Shown: piece by piece, positions 23,787 to 28,741 of the stretch
Layout: every line of letters starts with the position of its first letter
Position numbering within the stretch: position 1 is the stretch's first letter
From: a virus
Lineage: Duplodnaviria; Caudoviricetes
Length of the DNA stretch: 28,741 nt
Virus record (IMG/VR): IMGVR_UViG_3300032320_000884
Location: 1 to 28,741 of that record
Direction: 5' to 3' (one strand)
Notes under the pieces: model-generated
The model's database searches: none
Told to the model about the DNA's origin: nothing
The model's input: only the letters and a program-made list of their open reading frames with translations
Made by a program: the position numbers and the translations under genes

Positions 23787-25355
23787 TTAAATTATCTTAT
23801 TTGTAATAAATTCTATAAGACTTCCGACTGTTAAGTCAACTCCGCCCTTAGAATTTATGTTGGCCCCATCTAGGATTGCTCCTGCAACGTTACCTTTCTG
23901 CTTGAGCATATCATACTGACGCTGCTCAATCGAATCTTTAACAAGTATATCTTGAATTGTAATTGTTGTCCAATCGCTGGATGTACGGTTGATTCTACCA
24001 TTACGTTGAACAGAAAGTCCAGAGCTCCAAGGCTGGTCATAGTTTATTAAGAGGTTGGCTTGAGGTAAATCAACACCATAACCACCAGCATCAGAGCTAA
24101 CAAGAACTCGTATATCAGGGTGTGATTGAAAGGCTTCTTTCGCTTCTTCTTTTTGTTTGGCATTCATTTCTCCTGTGTATGGAACTGCGTGTATTCCGCT
24201 TTGAGCAAGTCTAGAAACAATACTGTTTACTGAGCTTAGATATGACGAGAATACCACAGCTTTGTAGGACTTGTCAATTTCTAGGTGGTCAGTCAGGTAG
24301 GTTATAAGAACGTCTAGCTTTGGTGTTTTTGAGACTCCTTCTAGCAAGCTGCTTATGGAGTGTATATAAGCGCTGCCCTTACCATTTTGTTTTTCAAAGT
24401 TAACCGCGCTTTCGTGTAATATAAAAGGATTAGAGCAAAGCATTCGTAATGCTGAAATCCTAGACATAATTTGCCCCCGCATTTCATTAATTGGGTCTGA
24501 AGGGTCACACAGTTGGCCGTAATGGGAAGCTAGATTAAAGTTGTTTCCAAATAGCTCTTTTGCCTCAGTAAGTAACTCTAGTAAATCCTTGGCTATAAAG
24601 TTATAGACTTTTTGAGATGCGTTATCTAGTTTTACTAACAAGGGTTCTCGGTACACTGCATCCGGTAGAAAAGGCTTGACATCCTCGTCTTTTTGAGATT
24701 TACGCACTGAGTACTTCATTAAAGTATTGTGCAAGGTTTGAAGGTTTCGGTATCGCTGTACTCCTCCAAAATAATTTCTAACAATAAATGTTTTATCAAA
24801 GATGTCGAATCTTCCAAGAACTTTGGGGTCAACAAACTGCATGATTGAAAAGATTTCTTCTGGCTTTCCGTTTTCAATTGGAGTTCCTGTAAGTGCAAAT
24901 CTTACTGGAATATTTTTAGCGAGCTCTTTTACTTTCTTAGCTCGCTTGGCTCGGAAGCCTTTGATTGCTGTCGCCTCGTCACAGATGATGGCATCAAACT
25001 CATGAGTCTTTATAATGTCCCAGTCATTGACTACTTGTTCGTAGTTCATAATGACGTACTGGCTTTCGACCAACTGACTATATTGTTCTAGACGTTGCTT
25101 TGGAGTTCCGTCAATAACTAGCGCAGTTGAGTCACTAAACTTTTCAATTTCTTTTTTCCATTGGTACTTAAGTGATGCAAGACATAGTACTAGTACTGTT
25201 CTGGTCATCTTGCCTTGACTTCGGAGCTCTTCAATAGCTGCAATAGTCATTGGGGTTTTACCCAGGCCCATTTCATAAGCAACAAGAATTTGCTTAGATG
25301 TGGCCATCTTATTTACTGCGTCAATTTGATACGGTTTGAGGGTTCCCTTGAACAT
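23787..25355 (-). CDS. SNF2-family (SF2) helicase
   Basis: LKPYQ, EMGLGKT, ICDEAT, LTGTPIEN, GGYGVDL, QRNGRINR. Start corrected to ATG 25355. Confidence 0.93.
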   Translation of the reverse strand: MFKGTLKPYQIDAVNKMATSKQILVAYEMGLGKTPMTIAAIEELRSQGKMTRTVLVLCLASLKYQWKKEIEKFSDSTALVIDGTPKQRLEQYSQLVESQYVIMNYEQVVNDWDIIKTHEFDAIICDEATAIKGFRAKRAKKVKELAKNIPVRFALTGTPIENGKPEEIFSIMQFVDPKVLGRFDIFDKTFIVRNYFGGVQRYRNLQTLHNTLMKYSVRKSQKDEDVKPFLPDAVYREPLLVKLDNASQKVYNFIAKDLLELLTEAKELFGNNFNLASHYGQLCDPSDPINEMRGQIMSRISALRMLCSNPFILHESAVNFEKQNGKGSAYIHSISSLLEGVSKTPKLDVLITYLTDHLEIDKSYKAVVFSSYLSSVNSIVSRLAQSGIHAVPYTGEMNAKQKEEAKEAFQSHPDIRVLVSSDAGGYGVDLPQANLLINYDQPWSSGLSVQRNGRINRTSSDWTTITIQDILVKDSIEQRQYDMLKQKGNVAGAILDGANINSKGGVDLTVGSLIEFITNKII

Positions 25356-26298
25356 AGGCTGATTCTCCAAAAAGTGCTGATATGGCGTTTTCCACACCCC
25401 AACGCAATTCGTCTTCAGTCATGTCGCCAGGGTCTTTGGCTCTACTACTACCATAGTTCAAAAAGAAGAGATTTAAACTGTATTTAAGACCAAATTCCAG
25501 CATTTCTCTAGATGCTTTTAGTCCTGCTTTATCGGTGTCAAAAGCAGCAATAATCTTATCTGAGCGCCTAAGAAGTTTTACTTGTTCTTCCGATATTGAC
25601 GAACCACATATAGCCACCGCTCCAGTAATGCCAATAGAAGCCAGATAAGCAGTATCAAGGGGAGACTCAACCACAATAACAACGTTTTCATTTTGATTTC
25701 CTATTCCAAATAATGTCCTGGATTTTTGTAAACCAGCAGGACGGTTTTTAAAAGTACGGTCAACTGTACCTTTTTCTTGCCATCCCATAAGCCTGTTGTT
25801 ATCTGGCTCACGCAAAGGAAGAATCCAATTCTTGGCTTTGGAATCCCATAGAATCCCATATGCATCTGCGACTTCTGCAGTGATTTTGCGAGATGCAAGC
25901 GCATCTGCAGGTGGTTCAACAAAAACAGCTAGTCTAGCTTCAGACATTTCCAGAGGTTTGGCATACTCGTTTATATAAGAAGGCATAGCCATTAAAGCAG
26001 CCTGCAAATCCTCAATAGAAATCTCTGCAGCATTTGCTAGCCAAGACTCAGCAGAACGGTAGTCGTATTTATCATTAAAGTAAAAACCTTTGACATCACA
26101 GATTAGCTGTAGAAGGTTTCCTTTGTATCCACAAGAAAAACAGGTGTGAAGACCTGTCTCCAGATTAATCCACCAAGATGGGTTGCGGTCTTCTTTACCA
26201 GTACGCTCATAGTGAGTAGGGCATAGCGCAAGGGCCTCAGCACCATGGTCAGTAAAATCAATACCTAAAGCTGTAAGAGCTAGTGGAATGTCATACAT
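25321..26298 (-). CDS. dnaG: DnaG-type primase (CHC2 Zn finger plus TOPRIM)
   Basis: CPTH...CFSC, VVESPLD, FDTDKAG, KDPGD. Start at 26298 (TAATG). Confidence 0.92.
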   Translation of the reverse strand: MYDIPLALTALGIDFTDHGAEALALCPTHYERTGKEDRNPSWWINLETGLHTCFSCGYKGNLLQLICDVKGFYFNDKYDYRSAESWLANAAEISIEDLQAALMAMPSYINEYAKPLEMSEARLAVFVEPPADALASRKITAEVADAYGILWDSKAKNWILPLREPDNNRLMGWQEKGTVDRTFKNRPAGLQKSRTLFGIGNQNENVVIVVESPLDTAYLASIGITGAVAICGSSISEEQVKLLRRSDKIIAAFDTDKAGLKASREMLEFGLKYSLNLFFLNYGSSRAKDPGDMTEDELRWGVENAISALFGESAYVQGNPQTVSN

Positions 26299-27548
26299 TA
26301 TGGAAGACTCCAAGGAGTACAGAACTTACAGGTTGCCTGTGCAGTCTCGTCATGGAAACATCCAGTATCCCAGTTCCAGGTAATAGATGTCTCTGATGGA
26401 GGACAGTTACGGGCCTGGACGACTTTCAAAAGACGAACCATGTCGTCGTTTTCTACTGGTTCAAGACCAAGGATAACGTCTGAGTCTTGGAAGAATGATG
26501 AAGAGTAACCAATAGAGTCAGCAGATACTTTTCCACCTTTCATCTTCCATAACAATGTTTGTGTTGTAATAACAATAGGAATATTAAGGCGCTGTGCCAC
26601 ACGCTTAAGACCACGAGTAATGTTAGTCAAAGCCTGTGGAGTATTGGCCTCACCAGTAACTTGGTCAAGCATCAGGTACACACCATCAACAAATAAAATA
26701 TCTGGATTTAGTTGCTCTGTTTTAGCTAACAAAGAATCAATAGTTAAACCATTAACAGCATCCACAAGATGAAAAGGGTGAGCCTGTTCCATATACGCAA
26801 GCATCTTTTTGTAACGATTCTCTTCACTAGACTGAAGCTTTCCACGACGAAGACGAGCATTGCTGATGTGAGCACGCATTGAGTCATGACGCTGAGACTG
26901 TTCATGGTTGTTCATCTCAAATGACTGGAACATTGGAATCATTCCGGACTTGTGAACATTAACAGCCATTTGCAAAGCAATCTGAGACTTACCAGTCTTA
27001 GGTGGAGCAATAACTGTAATTAACTGTCCGCCTTGGAGCCCTGCAGTTGCCTCATCGATTTTTTCAAATCCTGTAGGGACTCCAAGGAGAACAGAGTTTT
27101 GAACGTTCTCGTATTCTTCCCAGCGCTTGTCTGGGTCACGAGTCAAGTCAATATGTGTAGTTCCAATAACTCCCTGGTCATTAACCAACGAGATTACCTT
27201 ACCCATTTCCATCAAAGCAGAGTCGTGGTCATTAGCAGTCATCTTCTGAAGAACGTCTGCCACACCTTTGCGTGTTATGGAGTTACGCCTGAACTCAACC
27301 ATCTTGTCAATAAGATAGTCCATCGTATCTTCGACTTTAAGAATCTGAAAATTAGGGAAGTTGTCTTTTACAGCAACTACAGTTGGTACCTCACGGTAAG
27401 TCGTGTAGTGTTCACGTACAAACTTCCAGACGCGGCGTAAATCGTCGTCAATAATCCAGTCATCTTTGATTCCGCGTTCTAGTACCGGAATGATGTGGCG
27501 TTCAGCAATTACCTTGCTTACAAGCCTGTATTCGTTATCATGTGCCAT
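26298..27548 (-). CDS. dnaB: DnaB-like replicative helicase
   Basis: PTGFEKID, Walker A APPKTGKS, SFEM, LFVDG, ITTQ, FFQDSD. Confidence 0.94.
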   Translation of the reverse strand: MAHDNEYRLVSKVIAERHIIPVLERGIKDDWIIDDDLRRVWKFVREHYTTYREVPTVVAVKDNFPNFQILKVEDTMDYLIDKMVEFRRNSITRKGVADVLQKMTANDHDSALMEMGKVISLVNDQGVIGTTHIDLTRDPDKRWEEYENVQNSVLLGVPTGFEKIDEATAGLQGGQLITVIAPPKTGKSQIALQMAVNVHKSGMIPMFQSFEMNNHEQSQRHDSMRAHISNARLRRGKLQSSEENRYKKMLAYMEQAHPFHLVDAVNGLTIDSLLAKTEQLNPDILFVDGVYLMLDQVTGEANTPQALTNITRGLKRVAQRLNIPIVITTQTLLWKMKGGKVSADSIGYSSSFFQDSDVILGLEPVENDDMVRLLKVVQARNCPPSETSITWNWDTGCFHDETAQATCKFCTPWSLP

Positions 27549-27557
27549 TTTATTCCC

Positions 27558-27974
27558 TTATAAGTTGTTTAGTTCAATACCCCAGGAGCCGTATCTTGCG
27601 ACACGACTTTGTAAATCTATCACACCTTTTAAATTATTGCGATAGGGCAAGTCGCTAATGAAGTCATCGATGTTTAAGTATAGCTCTGCATAGTTAAACG
27701 GGTTTCCTCCACGACGTTCTAGTTTATCTATAAAAGCATCAATACTTTCTTGTGTCCATAGTTCGCTCTCAAATGCAGCAAGTTCTACAGATAAACCATA
27801 GCGCTCAGAAAGCCTCCATAGTTCAGATAAAGCTAGGTTATTTAGTTTTGAGTAGGTGCGGTACTGTGAGCCACGAAGAAACTTACGCTCCTCCTTTATT
27901 ACTGACTCACAGACCACGTCTATTACTACGATAATACGTGGAGGCGTTTCATTAGAGATGTCGCCTCCCCGCAT
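27558..27974 (-). CDS. Hypothetical protein, possibly degenerate HAD-like fold
   Basis: RIIVVIDVV N-terminal strand, alpha/beta pattern, GVID near the C-terminus. Confidence 0.55.
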   Translation of the reverse strand: MRGGDISNETPPRIIVVIDVVCESVIKEERKFLRGSQYRTYSKLNNLALSELWRLSERYGLSVELAAFESELWTQESIDAFIDKLERRGGNPFNYAELYLNIDDFISDLPYRNNLKGVIDLQSRVARYGSWGIELNNL

Positions 27975-28285
27975 TACATTACCTCTATTTTTCCGTAATG
28001 AAGTACGAAGTTACGTGAAGATTCTGCATCACTAAACGCTAAATAAGCAACTTCGTCTGGAACGTCCTCTGGTACTAGAAGACCAAAACTTCCATCATTT
28101 TTTTCTATTTTTCTAACTACATAGTTAACGTGTTTACATAGGTTCAACTTTTTGTAGTCTTTGCATGTGCACTGTATGCTACTAGGTCCTTCTGCGTGCA
28201 TTGATACTTCGCTGACTTCTAGTTCATCTTTATTGTTAAGTTCGTTTGCTATAAAGATTTGAATTGTTCTCCATTGTTGTTCCAT
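27974..28285 (-). CDS. SWIM zinc-finger protein
   Basis: CTCKDYKKLNLCKH matches CxC-xn-CxH. Confidence 0.8.
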   Translation of the reverse strand: MEQQWRTIQIFIANELNNKDELEVSEVSMHAEGPSSIQCTCKDYKKLNLCKHVNYVVRKIEKNDGSFGLLVPEDVPDEVAYLAFSDAESSRNFVLHYGKIEVM

Positions 28286-28287
28286 TT

Positions 28288-28740
28288 TTAGCCCTCTTTC
28301 CTTAGGTCTTTTCCTACAAGACGAACCAAGTGGAACGCCTCAAAAGCAAAACTGCCCATAGCCTTGCCATATACTTTCTCCCAATCTTCACGGTCACGGT
28401 TAGTGGTAATGATTGTTGGTAGGGCTTTATCATAACGGGAACGAAGTATTTCGTCAAATGATGAATCGTCATACTTTGAACCGTATTCTTTTCCTAGGTC
28501 ATCAAGAACTAGAACGCGAACGTTTAGGTGGTCCATCTTTGAGCGACCGTGGAATCCTTCCATCTCAGCAATTAGAAGCTCACGCTCGTCACCCTTGGCG
28601 TCAAACGTAGCCTTCTTCTTTGATAAGAAATCAGGAAAGGTCAGGTAATAAACAGGACGCATAGCCTGACCAAAGTCAGAAGCTGAGACTCCAAGAATCT
28701 TGCGCATCTCGTCATCGTTCTCTGGAAGGTTGCGAACAAA
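28288..28740 (-). CDS. dnaC: DnaC/IstB-like AAA+ helicase loader (5' end beyond window)
   Basis: Walker B VLVLDDLGKE, RY..ALPTIITTN, GKDLR. The frame stays open to the window edge (FVRNLPENDDEMRK). Confidence 0.88.
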   Translation of the reverse strand, partial: FVRNLPENDDEMRKILGVSASDFGQAMRPVYYLTFPDFLSKKKATFDAKGDERELLIAEMEGFHGRSKMDHLNVRVLVLDDLGKEYGSKYDDSSFDEILRSRYDKALPTIITTNRDREDWEKVYGKAMGSFAFEAFHLVRLVGKDLRKEG

Positions 28741-28741
28741 C

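Noticed and set aside
1433-28610. All other plus-strand ORFs and nested alternate-frame minus ORFs (e.g. 5186-5458, 9985-10305, 13234-13491, 17620-17898, 27033-27440)
   Set aside because: They overlap well-supported coupled minus-strand genes. Their hydrophobic look is the antisense of Lys/Glu-rich codons.
28288-28740. IstB-like ATPase as an IS21 element
   Set aside because: Its position beside dnaB and dnaG indicates a helicase loader; no IstA or terminal repeats seen.
1-28741. tRNA/rRNA genes, introns, inteins, stop-codon recoding
   Set aside because: Intergenic gaps are short and no cloverleaf was seen; polA, dnaB, recA and the visible part of nrdJ are of normal length and uninterrupted under the standard code.

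Overview
Segment of a large, fairly AT-rich dsDNA bacteriophage genome, most likely infecting an actinobacterium (WhiB regulator, AcpM-type acyl carrier protein, TTGACA-N18-TAGAGT promoter). All credible genes are on the minus strand and many are translationally coupled (TAATG/ATGA/TGATG overlaps). In transcription order (right to left): (1) a replication/recombination module with DnaC-like loader (partial), SWIM-finger protein, DnaB helicase, DnaG primase, SNF2 helicase, ACP, MerR-like HTH, gp32-like SSB, family A DNA polymerase (Leu762 type), RecA, Hjc-type resolvase, WhiB, Cas4-like nuclease, Nmad1/DUF1599, PD-(D/E)xK nuclease, RuvC and SpoVS; (2) an 8.5 kb block of 12 unassigned, almost cysteine-free, low-complexity or basic proteins including 1068 aa and 559 aa ORFs; (3) a six-gene unit with a Pol-beta-type nucleotidyltransferase, a 36 aa Cys-rich peptide, a degenerate HAD protein and a TGT/DpdA-like protein that seems to lack its catalytic nucleophile and carries an extra Cys-rich domain bracketed by 15 bp direct repeats; (4) a class II (B12) ribonucleotide reductase running off the left edge, absent from the ORF track. 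Five small ORFs missed by the track were found and several starts were corrected. Family calls come from motif recognition by eye; no database searches were run.
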